Shown here: piece after piece, positions 36,212 to 49,746 of the stretch
Numbering within the stretch: position 1 is the stretch's first letter
How the letters are laid out: each line of letters begins with the position of its first letter
Assembly (NCBI GenBank): GCA_034780895.1
Contig: JAUZTB010000127.1
Coordinates: 20,443,890-20,507,889 of the forward strand
DNA: 64,000 bases
Reading direction: 5' to 3'
Source: Rhynchobatus australiae
Taxonomy: Eukaryota
Made by a program: the position numbers and the translations under genes
Notes under the pieces: model-generated
The model's input: the letters and a program-made list of their open reading frames with translations, nothing else
What the model was told of the DNA's origin: nothing
Databases searched by the model: none

Positions 36212-37510
36212 GTATCCTTCCACAAATTAATTTCTGTTCATATTGGGATGGGCAGACCATAACACATGACTATCCTCGAAGCTTTATAAAGGTGTACTTG
36301 GAGAAATTGATGGTAGTGGCCTTCTGCCCATATACACATGATGTCTTGATGGTTTAGAGTCACTCTGATAGGGGATTACCATCAAACCTGTTGTAGTCTA
36401 TTTATTTGTAGAGAAGGGAAATAAGATGATTGTTCCTTGGGTTTTCAAAGTCCGTTTGAATATAGATCAATTGTGCAATTTCCTATACAATTGAATTAAA
36501 CTTACCAGTTACACTGGATTACCCAGGCATTTCTTGAGTTTACCCCATTGACACAGAGACCCTCCCAATTCAAGGGTGAACACAAATTTTAAAGATCTTG
36601 AAGATGGAGGTAGTGAAGAATTTTGAGGAATAGCAGCTTTGGGAAATAGTGAAATACCAGGGAGTGGGGAATTGAGGAATGGGAACTTGGAGAGAGGGAG
36701 CCTGAAGGCTAGGGTAATCTACAGTTGGATACTTGGAGCATGAGGGATGACTATTCTGAACATAGCAAAGACTTGAGTGATGGAGGGAAAGTGGCTAATG
36801 TAGCATTAGGGATGTGGGTTGGTGGAGACAGGCTATGGGCGGCTGAGAAGGAGAAACAGGCTTTGGCAGAGAGAGAAAACTGGTGAATGGGGGCTTGAGG
36901 GGGAGGGAAAGGAGACTGTAAAATTGGAAAGGAAGACTGAGGCTCTGACTAGGACTTGGGCATAGGGGCTAGAGGAGGGAAAATTGGAAATAAGGTTGGT
37001 GAGTGACAGGGAGGAGTTGGGGATCTGGCATAAACGGGAATGGGTAAGAGAGGTAGAAAGGACTGGGAGAAGGAAGGGTCTTTTGGTGTGGGAGACTGAC
37101 ACAGAATTGGGCTTTGGGTAGGATGAAAGGAGGTTTTGGGCTTTAAGAACTCAGAATTAAAGCTTGGAGAAAGGGTGGACTAGAGATTGGGCACATCAGT
37201 TTGGCGAAAGATGATCTATGAGTGGAGGCTCAAAGTAGAGACGGAAAGGGGAGAGGAGGCATGGGGGATTAGGAAATTGGAAAGAGAGGCAACTTGGGGT
37301 ACAAGATCAGAAAAAGGTTGCAACTTGGTAGTTGGGGAAAGTGGCTAGACAGTGGTTGAGCCGTGGCTGAGAGGAAGTTTGAATGACAAAATCAAAGGAA
37401 GATAGGAAATAGATAAAAGGAAACATTAATTATGTTTGGTTGTATATCAAGTTAGCTGTTAACAGCTTTTTCATTTGATGGAACGTTTATCTGCCTTAAA
37501 GTTATCCTAG
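36212..37510 (+). other. U12-type (minor spliceosome) GT-AG intron of VPS35L
   Basis: 5' splice site GTATCCTTC. Branch-like tgccttaaa about 10-19 nt upstream of the AG, with no real polypyrimidine tract. Confidence 0.88.
36590..37420 (+). repeat. Purine-rich (G/A) low-complexity tract
   Basis: C is strongly depleted and GGG/GAG runs are frequent over about 830 nt. Confidence 0.75.
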
Positions 37511-37558
37511 TTATGTGGAGGTGGCCATATTAAAGTGTAATACATTCCTTTCTAAAAC
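37511..37558 (+). CDS. VPS35L: VPS35L exon 11 (YVEVAILKCNTFLSKT)
   Basis: cctag/gtaagt, 48 nt. Confidence 0.95.
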
Positions 37559-37822
37559 GTAAGTATGATTGAATATTTACTCTTTACATTTCAGTTCCTC
37601 CAAATCAAATGTGTTTCTACTGAAACATTAATCAAAAAATTTAATCAAAATGTTGTGATGAAGTTGTTCACTGAAAGTTTTTCATTATTTGCTTTGGTTT
37701 TTAATATATACTGAATACATCCTTATCAAGTGCTATATCTATTNNNNNNNNNNNNNNNNNNNNNNNNNNNNNNNNNNNNNNNNNNNNNNNNNNNNNNNNN
37801 NNNNNNNNNNNNNNNNNNNNNN

Positions 37823-37849
37823 GTTTATGCTAGAGCTTATCTTTGCAGG
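37823..37849 (+). CDS. VPS35L: VPS35L exon 12, visible 3' end only (VYARAYLCR); 5' part lies in gap 37744-37822
   Basis: Peptide matches human, followed by a gtaggc donor. Confidence 0.9.
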
Positions 37850-37964
37850 GTAGGCCACAGTGTCCTTTTCAACTTCTTAGGTTATGTAATGTAGTTTATT
37901 TTTGGATGATTTATACACGCCTCACAACTTTAACCTCGTCTTTTTCTTTTGCTTTCTCCAACAG

Positions 37965-38042
37965 GTCGGAATGGAAGTGGCACCTCATCTGAAGGACAAC
38001 TTGAATAAGAATTTTTTTGATTTCCTCTCCACATTTAAACAA
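37965..38042 (+). CDS. VPS35L: VPS35L exon 13 ([26 protein letters not shown])
   Basis: aacag/gtatga, 78 nt. Confidence 0.96.
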
Positions 38043-40559
38043 GTATGAAAGTAGTTTAGTCTGTTAATGATTTAAGGTCATAATTTTGGCATTCTTGCAT
38101 TCATTGTTCAGCCCTAATCATGATAAAGAATGGTCACAGATCTCTGAGCCTTTCTCAGTATCAACCACACCCATTTGAATCTGAGTGAACTGTTTTACAA
38201 TTTAGCTGCCTTTACACTTTTTTATTCTTAAGGGCGCATTTATTTAGAGAATCTGAAATTGTAAATCAATTTGTTCCCATTTCACAAATTTTCAGGAGCA
38301 GAGGCATGGGAACTTAAGCAATTAATATATTAAAAATCTCTTGTCTACACACACTTCTCATAATTTATTATGTCTACTCTAGAATAGAAGCTAGCTTTTG
38401 TTTATCTTGTTTGTCAGTAATTATATCCTCATCGTTATCAAGGCAGAGATGTAGCAGTGCCACCTTTTGGCAGGATTGTTTAATTACAACAAAATGTGTT
38501 AAAATGGGAATTAAAAATTATTTTAAAGTTTGATTTTAAAATGGATAGCTAACACAAAATGGTAACTAAATTGCCTGTGATGCACACCTATACAGTTCCT
38601 CCTTTAAACTCCCCCTACTTCACTGGTCTTTTTTTTAATATGTCAAACTGCATGAGGTTTGTGTGCTTGTTTTCTGCCAAGAAATTTGTTTGGAAATGTT
38701 TTAAGACTGTATCATTGCAGGGTGTTGAGCATAATTTGAACCCTAAAGAGACCCCCTAAACCCAATATCCTTTACAATATGTTGGTTCTATAATTGGAAC
38801 ATGTTTTTTTTCTTTGCATACATTTGACCTCATTTTAACTGAAGTAAAAGATCACAAGTGTTTGTGACTTGTGAAACAAGTTCTGTTTCAGGTCAATGCA
38901 ATTTATTCACTGATGTAGTGCTGACAACATTTTAGGAATTTAGTTGAATATTATGATTATGTTGCCATGTCTGCATTATGAATGTATTTTGGTTGACCCA
39001 TGCCCCTTAACAATCGCAGTGATTCCAAACTGCCATGCTGGTAGACTTTTTAAATTGTAAAATATAATGCAGAAGGCTACCTTGATTTCAAATTATTTGT
39101 AAAATTTTTTAATATTGAAACTGCCACAACTGAGAAGCTAAAACATTGCAAGATAGTATTGCTGTTACCAACGTGGGGTCCTGAGGTTGTTCTGCCATTC
39201 ATTTAGATGAAAACTGATTTCTACCTTGGCTTCATTTGCTAGTTTATGATTTATCTTGTTTAAAAAAAAAATACCTGTCATTTACAGCTCAAGTTCTCTG
39301 GTTGTTGTGGATTAAACCCATTGGCACTTAAAAAACTGCCTTGATAGTTACCTTGAATAGAGGGTCTTTTGTTGAGTGTTTGCAGAGTTATGGTTCTGAG
39401 TGGTGCATTACTCACAGATTTTCTTGCAGCCATTAATGAGATGAATCATGGATTGTTCATTTAATATCCCTCTTGCTTTCTTGGGACCCCATATTTAATT
39501 CTGGTCTTACTCAGAAATTTTAGCTAGAATATTTCTCTTCTAAGCCTTGCACTGTCAGTTTGGGAATCCATGAAGAATCCACCATTGATGTTTTTTTTAA
39601 TTTAAATGCTTGACTGTAATGAGTTTTCACTTGTAGGGCGATGATATATGTTTCACATCATTATTTCTTGACCTCCTACTCTGCTGTTTCTGTGTCTTTG
39701 CTGTCTCTGTGCTTGCTGGACAAGTTCATAGCAAATTGGTTATTTGTGTGGAAGGTACTTAATCCCTTCTCATTCTGTGACCTGTGGAATTATTTTTGCA
39801 GGTTCTTTTACCTAGTGTACTTGTGCACTATTTCTCTTGCAAACTACAGAAGATTGGTTCCACAATCTCCTCCACTTGTAGTTGCCTCTGTTGAAAATAA
39901 GGGAAAGGGATTGTATTCATCTGATCAAATTCATTATTATGCCCACTTTTTAAAGAATTTATTTTGGGCTTAATCATATTTGGGCACTACAACCTACAGC
40001 TAAGAGTAACTGAAGGCTTTTGTACTAGCATTTAATACCTTCCCACCACATCTTTCCCAAGCAATATCATAGTTGCATATTGGAGGATGTTAGGTGTGCA
40101 AAGGTATTCTAATACATTATCTAAGAGGCCCATCAAAGGAGAAATTGCTGTTCAGTGGAGTAATGGGGAAAAAAACAATGTTAAGAGAAGTAGGCTTCGA
40201 GAAACAGTTAGACAGTAGTAAACACAGTAGAAAGTGTAAAATAATTTTGGAAAGGTATAAATAGGCTGATGCTGAAGTGGTTGGGAAAAGTAATTGGTGG
40301 GATGAGAGGATTTGGGAAAGTTGATTTTTAAAAACTTAAGTTCAGGAGAAATTTATTCTGCTGAAATACAAAACAAGATGGTGAACAAAACTGAGTTTAA
40401 GGGAAAAACTGCATTCACATGAAGGGGTTTGGACTACCACAGAAAAATACACTTAACAGCAAAGAACAATTTAAGGATTGAAGTATTGGGAAGTATAACG
40501 AGGTGTTGTAGAAATGCAAATAAATAACGAAAGTAAAATTGGGTAGCAATAAAACCATT

Positions 40560-41995
40560 ACGGCAACATGATTAATTTGGAGCAAAGAAGCCTAGTTACT
40601 TTGTCTCTGTATTTATCTTGGAAGATAACAGGCTGGGCATAATAGGGGGGAAAAAGTATGTAAGGTAGAAAGAGAGAAGATGACTAATCAACTATGAGAG
40701 GATATAACCCATGGTTCAGATGGATGGTCTTCAAGGGAGAAGCATTGAGATGTACTATCCTCCCTGAGCTTGATTGGTTTGTCATTTGTTTGTCCCTTTC
40801 TTTCTTTGTTGTTATGAATGGTTTTGATCACTTATTATGCCATGTTCACCTCTATGTACTGGAAAATGGAATTATACTGGAGACCCAAAATATAATTTGG
40901 GTCCAGTTAGCTTAACACCAATTGGGGGAAAAAATAATGGACATGGACTGTACATTTAATAAGAACAGTCAGTACAGAATTAAAAACAAAAATTTGTTTA
41001 AACAGCCTTATAGGATTCTTTTGAAGTTACAACGAGTAGACTAATGCAGTACATTTAGATTTTCAGAAGACCTTGAAAAGATGCCATGTAGTAGGTTAAT
41101 TATAGTTGGTGCATTTAGAATTAGGGCAAGTAGCAGAAAGGTTAAAAATCTGACCATAAACAGAAAATTGCAAGGATTTCACTGTAGTGGAATTAGAAAT
41201 GTGAGAAATGGATTTTGTAAGGATTGGTGCTTTGCCACTAATGTTGGGACTGTTATTTCTGATTTCCGATTTCAAAATTTGCAGATCTCAGATTCGGGTG
41301 GAGGGGTGTTCTAAATGCATTAATAAACTCGCAGAATGGACAAGTATTTGAATTTTAATACATGTGAGGAAGTACATTTTGGTAAGAATAATATCACACT
41401 TGTTGGGAAAACTAATAGGTTAAATGGTTGGAAGGCTAAAGGTATCTAGGTATACATGTACATACTATTAGAAATAGTACATTATAAAGCAGTTTTTTTT
41501 TTAAATAAGCAAATAATGCACCTGGACTCATTTCTAGATGGATAGAATTGAAAAGCAGANNNNNNNNNNAATGTTACATTTATCGTAACATGCTTTCACA
41601 ATTCGGATTTCCATTTTATGAAGATGAATAAAGGAACTCCTAAATGTACAAAGATATAAGGATTACACTAACTCTTGAGGTTGTACCTGTCAGGAAGGAT
41701 TGAATGGACTGGCACTTCCTAGTGCGTAAAATTATGAGAGGCATAGATAGGGTAGATAGTTGGAGTCTTTTTCTTATGGTGGAAATGGCTAATACTAGAG
41801 GGTATAGATTTAAGATGAAAGGGGGAACATTTTAGGAGATGAACAAGGCATGTTTTTTAGACAGAGTGGTAGGTACCTGGAACATGCTGCTGGGGAGATG
41901 GTAGAAACAGATATGAAAGTAACACTTAAGAGGCATTTAGACAGACACATGAACAGGCAGGACTGGAGGAATATAGATCTTTGCTGTTCTATGTT
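40560..41995 (+). mobile_element. Decayed CR1 LINE, with a younger CR1 3' piece at ~41730-41995
   Basis: YLDFQKTLKKMPCSRL and MRGIDRVDSWSLF peptides. Confidence 0.7.
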
Positions 41996-43789
41996 CCTTT
42001 CTCAAATGAGGATGATTTAAAATTGTGAAAGGCTTTTACTGAGGAAACCCCGTTGCACTGTCCCATTTAAAAATAAAATAGTCACTGATAATCTAATAAG
42101 AAACTTGGGGAACCCTTCCTTACCCAGTGTATGGTTAGACTGATGATCTTATGAGAGATGGATTTAAAGCAATGCTATATATGCATGGGTGTCAAAGGAA
42201 TGGAAAGATGCATAGGTTTTGAACAAGAAAGGATGGGAGGAGCATAAATCTCTACATAGGTTGGAGCAAGTGGAAAAACACAAAACTACATGTGCTGGAA
42301 TCTGAAACTAAAACAAATGCTGAAAGAACACTGCTGGTCAAGCAGCATCTGTGGAAAGAGAAACCAGTCAACATTTTTGGGTCGGTTACCCTTCCTCAGA
42401 AATAGTGGGAGAGTTTAAAAGCAGACCCGGGGGAAGAGAGAAGTGTAAGACAAAAGTCTATATGGAGATGGCTTAAGGCACATCAGCTGATAAGGGGCAC
42501 AAGTACTACCTTTGTTTTGGGTAGACTTGGAGGGTTTGTACACTGTGATTGCTTAAGTCATTAGTGTCAGACATTTGGTTTCTGAGCTTGCTGTCTGGAC
42601 ATTGAAATTACTAGGTTGGAGTAGTTATGATAAAATAGTTGACAGAAAGTTTAGAGTATTTACTCGGTCTGTCCCTTACAAATGATTTGTAGAATGAGTG
42701 GATGGGACTCTCTCTTAAATTTAAGATCATTTATATGAAACTGTAGAATAGTTTTTTCTGTAGCTCTGTGTTAAAAGCTCTATGATTTTCTGTAGCTCTA
42801 GAACTGTAGAATAGTTTCTTGTTTTCTGTGCCTGATGGTTTGGTTGCAGAAATTGCAGCAAACTGTGTTGGGCAATGTTAGAAGTGTATTTCATTGGTGG
42901 CCTTACTTTAGGACTTTGTTGCATATTGCAGCTCCTTTTTATTTTCGTGCAATGACTCTGGAAGAGGTGTATTCTATTCACAGTCCTGTGGGCATCAATG
43001 GCAAAGTCTTTCTCTACTTGCCCACGAACCAAGAGACTTGCTCTGTTGTTTCAGAGGGTAACAGTGAACATATTGCTGTGCATCTGGAGTTGCATGTGAG
43101 TCTGAAATATTATGGCCTGGGAAATATACATTCCTAAAAGCCATTGAATCAATTCAGTACTTGCATGGCCACATTTAATGGTGTACCTTTTCCTTTCTAA
43201 TATTTGTTTAATAACTGAATTTAAGTTCCTCGATTACTGTCGTTGCATTCCAACTTCTGTATACGGGCTTATTAGCAGTCCATAAACAATTCCTTCGCTA
43301 CTGTTCCTGCAAAGCCAATTAGATGACGACACCTAATTGGGGATATATTGGGGTTTCAAGCTTCCACCATTGTCCAGTCTGGAATTATTCCACACCCTTG
43401 GATAAAGATAGTGAGTCTGTTTTTCCCTGGATCTTTGAGATGATGAAGCTCCAGGTTTCGCTGTGAGCCACCTGATAAGCATGGTAACTTCGCTTCGTGC
43501 TTGCTTACAGATTGCTTTCAGTAGTTAGGCTATTTGGGCTTGCATTTTCAACCACCCTTTCATTCCTACATGCACAATGGTACGTACTTATCCAGTGTTC
43601 TGTTTCAGGGTCTGAGCTCAAAGAGCTTATTGGTTTGGTTTGGGCATAGATGATAGACAGAATTGTTGATGAATGCTTTGGACTTGCAATGGAGAAACAG
43701 GCTGATTGCTGTTGTTAAATTTTGTGTGATATCTAGTCAGATTATGTGAGCCATCAACCTTTTGAGCCTTTATGATTCTAACGTGGGCA

Positions 43790-44310
43790 AACGCAGCATG
43801 ATTAGAGTTGCACAGCATAGAATTGGACCCTTTGTCCCAACTCATCCACGTCGATTGTGATGCTTATCTTCGCTAATCCCATTTCCTCACATTAGGCCTG
43901 TATCCCTTTAACACCTTTCCTATCCAGGTACCTGTACAAATGCCTCTTAAACGTTGCAGTTGCATCTGCCTCTACCATTTCCTCTGGCAGCTCATTTCCA
44001 TATATCCACCACCCTCTGTGTGGAAAATCTTGCCCTTCAGATCTCCCCTAAATTACTCCCCTTGCACCTTAAACCTATATCTTTTAGTTTTAAATGTTCC
44101 CACCTTAAGAGAAAGATTCTCTCGACCCAACCTGTGCTCCTCATAATTTTATAAACCTCTATAGACCGCCCTTCAGCCTTCTGCATTCTCGTGAGAATAA
44201 AACCAGCCTATCCAATCTCTCCTTATCAGTAAAGCTCTCAAATCTTAGTGACTTTCTTCTGTACTCTTTCTAATGCTGCCATGTTCTGCCTGTTGTGTGG
44301 CAACTAAAAC
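43790..44310 (-). mobile_element. CR1 3' fragment
   Basis: Similar to the copies at 741 and 10967. Confidence 0.75.
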
Positions 44311-45510
44311 NNNNNNNNNNNNNNNNNNNNNNNNNNNNNNNNNNNNNNNNNNNNNNNNNNNNNNNNNNNNNNNNNNNNNNNNNNNNNNNNNNNNNNNNNN
44401 NNNNNNNNNNATGTGAATTTTATTTCCTTTCTTTTTCAATCTTTTTATTGAATTTCAAATTAATATACATTTCCAGTCATTTCTCCATATGTCATCCTTG
44501 AGTTAGGATATATGGCTTCCTCAAAGAAATCTTTATAACTTTTTGTAGATGTTTTCTCCTGGTGTTACTATCATTCAGGTTCAGCTTGAATTTTGAAGTT
44601 GCTGTCTTGTTCTGGAAACCCTGATGTCCATTTTTGTCCCTTCCCTTATTGTGGTTAACACATCGTCACAACATGTGTAATTTCTTCCCAAGAATCCTCC
44701 AGTTCAGTCAAAGGAGGATGCCAAAGATGAATGGATGTCTAACTACTTTTCAGAAGTATGTACTTGCTGTTCTTTACCTTTTCATAAAGTCCAGCAATAT
44801 TCTAATATATTCAATTGGCTTATTTTCCAGATACCTGTTTCCAGACCTCTAAATCAATTTGTTCATCTACCTTAAGTCCTTCATTTATTATTTATTTTCA
44901 TCTAGCATTTACTCTTTAGAGTGATATTGTCATTCTGCTTGGATCCTTGGTTTATATATTAATTTTTTTTTGTCTTAAACAAAATTTGGGATTCCTATAT
45001 TGCATTAAAACTCTGCTCTGTTGTCAAATCCAGATCAAGGTGTTTGGAACTAGTCACTGTGCCACATCATTGGCTGCTTCAAACCAATCTGGGTTCTTTT
45101 CTCCCAATTTCTTTATCTGCTACCTCCCATCTACTACCTTATTGGTGCAACAAAATTAATATTCTCATCATTGATATAACAATGGTCATAGAGTCTGGTC
45201 TCTGGATGACATTGAATTTTGTGTATTGTAGTTGCTAGTTTTGCATCAGGCATTCAGTATCTTGTTTCACTGGTTTGAGATGGAACAGTTCACATGGACT
45301 AAGACTGATAAAGGGCCATCTTAAGTTAATGAGTACAAAAAGTGGGGATCAACAAGTGTTTTGGTATGTTCTGGGTGTTCATACATGTCTCTCAGGAAAA
45401 TCAGGTAACAATGAATACACCGTTCCCATATACTGAATATCCTTGTTAATTTTAATCTTTAAGCCAGCAAAAATATAATTCATTGGTAACCATTGTTTTA
45501 TTCAATGCAG

Positions 45511-45595
45511 ATCCATGGAGAAACAGTTCAGAACCAGCTTGCTGTGCAGCGGGTAGAGATTCCAATTTACCTTACGTTGTATTCTCCTGCTATAG
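45511..45595 (+). CDS. VPS35L: VPS35L exon 14, 5' part ([28 protein letters not shown]); 3' end lies in a gap
   Basis: tgcag acceptor. Matches human IHGDTVQNQL. Confidence 0.93.
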
Positions 45596-46304
45596 NNNNN
45601 NNNNNNNNNNNNNNNNNNNNNNNNNNNNNNNNNNNNNNNNNNNNNNNNNNNNNNNNNNNNNNNNNNNNNNNNNNNNNNNNNNNNNNNNNNNNNNNNNNNN
45701 NNNNNNNNNNNNNNNNNNNNNNNNNNNNNNNNNNNNNNNNNNNNNNNNNNNNNNNNNNNNNNNNNNNNNNNNNNNNNNNNNNNNNNNNNNNNNNNNNNNN
45801 NNNNNNNNNNNNNNNNNNNNNNNNNNNNNNNNNNNNNNNNNNNNNNNNNNNNNNNNNNNNNNNNNNNNNNNNNNNNNNNNNNNNNNNNNNNNNNNNNNNN
45901 NNNNNNNNNNNNNNNNNNNNNNNNNNNNNNNNNNNNNNNNNNNNNNNNNNNNNNNNNNNNNNNNNNNNNNNNNNNNNNNNNNNNNNNNNNNNNNNNNNNN
46001 NNNNNNNNNNNNNNNNNNNNNNNNNNNNNNNNNNNNNNNNNNNNNNNNNNNNNNNNNNNNNNNNNNNNNNNNNNNNNNNNNNNNNNNNNNNNNNNNNNNN
46101 NNNNNNNNNNNNNNNNNNNNNNNNNNNNNNNNNNNNNNNNNNNNNNNNNNNNNNNNNNNNNNNNNNNNNNNNNNNNNNNNNNNNNNNNNNNNNNNNNNNN
46201 NNNNNNNNNNNNNNNNNNNNNNNNNNNNNNNNNNNNNNNNNNNNNNNNNNNNNNNNNNNNNNNNNNNNNNNNNNNNNNNNNNNNNNNNNNNNNNNNNNNN
46301 NNNN

Positions 46305-46625
46305 AGTGGCACAGTGGTGTAGAGATCTGCCCTACTGCTCCAGTAACCCCAGGTTTAATTTTAATTTCTGGTGCTGTTTCTGTGGTATTTACATATTCTC
46401 CTTGTGACCATGTGAGTTTCCTCTCGCATCCCAAAGATTTGCATTGGAAGGTTACTGCAAATTGGCCACTATAAATTGCCCTTGGATGAATGGTAGAATC
46501 TGGGGGGAGGTGATGGGAATGTGGGGAGAATAAAAATCAGATCAGTATAGGATTAGTGCAAGTGGGTGCTTGATGGCCAGTGTAAACTTGGTAGCCCAAA
46601 GGGCCTTTTTTCCATATGCATGATT
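46305..46625 (+). mobile_element. tRNA-derived V-SINE-like element, decayed
   Basis: gtggcacagtgg head, gagtttcctc...cccaaag core, CR1-like gggcc tail. Confidence 0.6.
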
Positions 46626-46739
46626 ATGATTTATTCCTTGTTCTAAAAATCCTAATGAACAGATTGAGTCTTACAAAATTTGAGGTATTTGTTGTATTAT
46701 TCAATTCTAGTGAAGTTTAGAGGATGCTAACTATGTAAA

Positions 46740-47310
46740 TCCCAACCTCACTATTCCAGCTGTTTTCTGCTCCCTTCCCATGACTGTCTTGAGCTTCCGG
46801 TTGAATGTGAACTCCCATTCCCATTTCCACACCAACCTGTCTGTCGTCCGTGTTCTCCAGTGCCACAGTGAGGCCAAGTGCAAAGTAGAAGAACAACATC
46901 TCCATATTCTGCAATTTCAGCTAACACTTGCTCATTGCATTTCTTTCCATCTCCCACTGTCTACCCTGGCATTCTCTCCCTTTGTTCCATTCCTCCACCC
47001 CTTCCATCCCACCCCTTCTCTCCCCCCCCCCCCGCCCACCTCCCCAATCTGTCTCATCTGTACCTGCCCATCATTCCCCTCCTCACCTGGTTCCACCTAT
47101 CACCGACCAGCTCTTCTCCCTCTCCTATTTCACACTCCTATCTCCTAGCCATCTTCCCTCTTCNNNNNNNNNNNNNNNNNNNNNNNNNNNTCCAAATACA
47201 GTGTTACATCGTTTTGTCTTGGCAGGTCCTGCCCAACCTGCTGAGTTCTTTTGAGAAGTTTTATTTCTTTTGCTCCAGGTTCCAGCGTCTGAAGTCTCTG
47301 GTTTCTCCTC
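46740..47310 (+). mobile_element. Penelope-like element 3' fragment
   Basis: cccattcccatttccacaccaacctgtctgtc...EEQHLHI is similar to 14100-14180. Ends in the cctgctgagttct terminal repeat. Confidence 0.65.
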
Positions 47311-48119
47311 CTCATCTAAGCTGTATGCATCTCCTCATTACTTAGACCAAATACATTACTTGTTTTAATAAGTTTATTAGTGTCATTTTGTGTTCTGTCA
47401 CACAGACTTCCTGACTTATTTACTGTACCCCAACTTTGCAGGCTGCAATTTTTTAGAAATTGTACTTTTGATTCCTGGGACTAAATGTAAATTATGAATG
47501 ACAGTGATCCCAAAACTGAATTCTGGTACTCCTCAATTTTTACAATCTGAGTTGTTAACATCAATTTTGTTTTCCATTCTGCATTCTTGTCTTTGACCCC
47601 ACGTAATCTGACTTTGGTTTTTAGTTCATTTAGTTCATTTTAGTGCTATACTGAAAGTCTTTTTAAAATTTTAATGTATTGTACTTCTGCATTTTCCTTG
47701 CTACTATTTCTTACAAATCAAAGAATTTATTTGGGTTGGTCATGTATGGCCTTTCTGAAATCCAGACAGGTGGCTCTTTTGTATTTTCAGACACCAGATT
47801 CTTTGAGTAACTGTTCCATTATATTTTCTACAACTGATGTTAAGCTAATTGGTCTATAATTTCCTGGACTTGTTTTCTCTTTTAAATGTACCCTTCAATG
47901 AAGTTCACAGCATGTACAAATTATGTTTAGCAGATGATTTTGCCTGGTATTCTAATCTCTTGATTCTTTAATTGAACAATTTGTTTGGTAAGGTTAGTGT
48001 ATCTATGTTTTTTCAGCTTACAATTATATTGTTTTATGAAGTTATGTAAGGTAATGGGTGATGTATATCTTCAACAATTAGCTGCTTAGAGACTTAAAAA
48101 ATATTGTGGCTGTTTACAG

Positions 48120-48166
48120 GCCTTACTTACAGAAATGATGGACAGGTGCAAGAAACTTGGAAATAA
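48120..48166 (+). CDS. VPS35L: VPS35L exon 15 (ALLTEMMDRCKKLGN)
   Basis: ttacag/gtaagc, 47 nt. Confidence 0.96.
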
Positions 48167-48267
48167 GTAAGCAACCCAGAATATGTATGTCTCCAATTTT
48201 GATATACAAAACCATGCCTGTTTCCTTTCGTCATGTGTTTTGACCTTTATTCTATAATTTCTAATAG

Positions 48268-48379
48268 TGCTTTGCTGTTGAACTCAGTAATGTCAGCATT
48301 CAGACCGGAATTTATTGCAACAAGATCTCTGGATTTCATTGGCATGATAAAAGATTGTGAGGAGTCTGGTTTTCCCAAG
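48268..48379 (+). CDS. VPS35L: VPS35L exon 16 ([37 protein letters not shown])
   Basis: aatag/gtagga, 112 nt. Confidence 0.96.
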
Positions 48380-48399
48380 GTAGGACAATATGCAGCATG

Positions 48400-48670
48400 A
48401 GAAATAGTGACTCTTTCTTGCGGCATGCCCCCATTCTAAGAGAGCTTTGTTTGAGCTATTAAGCTATATACTTAGGCTCTATTTGAAGCAGAGCAGGGAG
48501 ATTTTTCCAATGGCTTGACTATTTGCATGCTTCAGACATTATGAAAGCAGATTACATTGATAATCTCATTGGTTGCCATGTTCCACCTGACAACAATTGC
48601 ACTTTGAACATAATGTGCACAAAACTATTTGAAGTGTTTTTCAAACTCGCATGTTACATAGGTGGCAAAC
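48400..48670 (+). mobile_element. Old DeuSINE-like fragment
   Basis: ctatttgaagcagagcaggggag resembles the recalled Deu domain. Confidence 0.4.
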
Positions 48671-49339
48671 TGAATTTGCATTAACTGAAAAAAATAATGT
48701 ATGCCAGGTTGTTGGAAAGCAAACTCAATTTAAGAGTGCTCTGTGGGTTGGGTAATTTGATGGTTGTTACCACTGGAAAAGATGTGATCAGCCAGCTTGT
48801 TTGGAAAATAACTAACATCACCTTAAAAGGTAAAACAAATGTAACATAAAATTATTTAATTTGTCTTCACTACTATATGAAAGAAAATTATTAGCATTAT
48901 AATTTGTTCTTTTTTAAAGCATTTATTGGAGAGATCAATTGTATTTGTAATCTTCAATTTGAGTGTTTTTAGAAGAAGCAGAAATTAAAATGTTGGCAGA
49001 TGAACTGTGTAATGAGGTTGCTGGGATTAATGGAAATATGTCTTTGAATTGTGATTCACAGTTGTGTTAACTGTTATTGCTGGGCAACAGAGACTACTGA
49101 AGTCAGAGTTCCAGGATCAAGTTCCAGAACCTAAGATCTAAACTGAGGGAATGATGCAGTGTTAGAACTTTCCCCTTTTTGAGAGAGTTTAAGCTGTGAG
49201 CTTGGGTGGATAGAAAAANNNNNNNNNNNNNNNNNNNNNNNNNNNNNNNNNNNNNNNNNNNNNNNNNNNNNNNNNNNNNNNNNNNNNNNNNNNNNNNNNN
49301 NNNNNNNNNNNNNNNNNNAATCTAGTGGCAATAAACTTC

Positions 49340-49530
49340 TAAGTATGTCATAGGATATATTTATTCAACCAATGACAAAAAAAAAAATTCTGGTCATTGT
49401 CACATCACTAGTTGTGGAATCTTCATGTGCACATTTCCTATATTATACCAGTGAGTAGTCATTACAAGTACTTTTTGCTGGCTGGAAGGTACTTTTGGAC
49501 TTGAAGGTTGTGACAGATGCTATGTAATTG
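49340..49530 (+). mobile_element. DeuSINE-like 3' fragment
   Basis: ctggtcattgtcacatcactagttgtggaatctt...aagtac...gaaggttgtgacagatgctat. Confidence 0.55.
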
Positions 49531-49629
49531 TTATTGCACTTGTACTCATAAGCTTTGTGGTCGATATTGCGTGAAAGCAATTGAGGATAATTTACTGTGA
49601 TCTTGCTCTTGATTTATTTTGTGTTGCAG

Positions 49630-49746
49630 CATCTTCTTTTCCAATCCCTGGGGTTGAACTTGGCAATGGCTGATCCCCCTGAGAATGACAAGCTACAGAT
49701 CCTTAATGTAGCATGGAAGGTTATTACCAGACTGAAAAATCCCCAG
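49630..49746 (+). CDS. VPS35L: VPS35L exon 17 ([39 protein letters not shown])
   Basis: tgcag/gtcagt, 117 nt. Confidence 0.96.
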
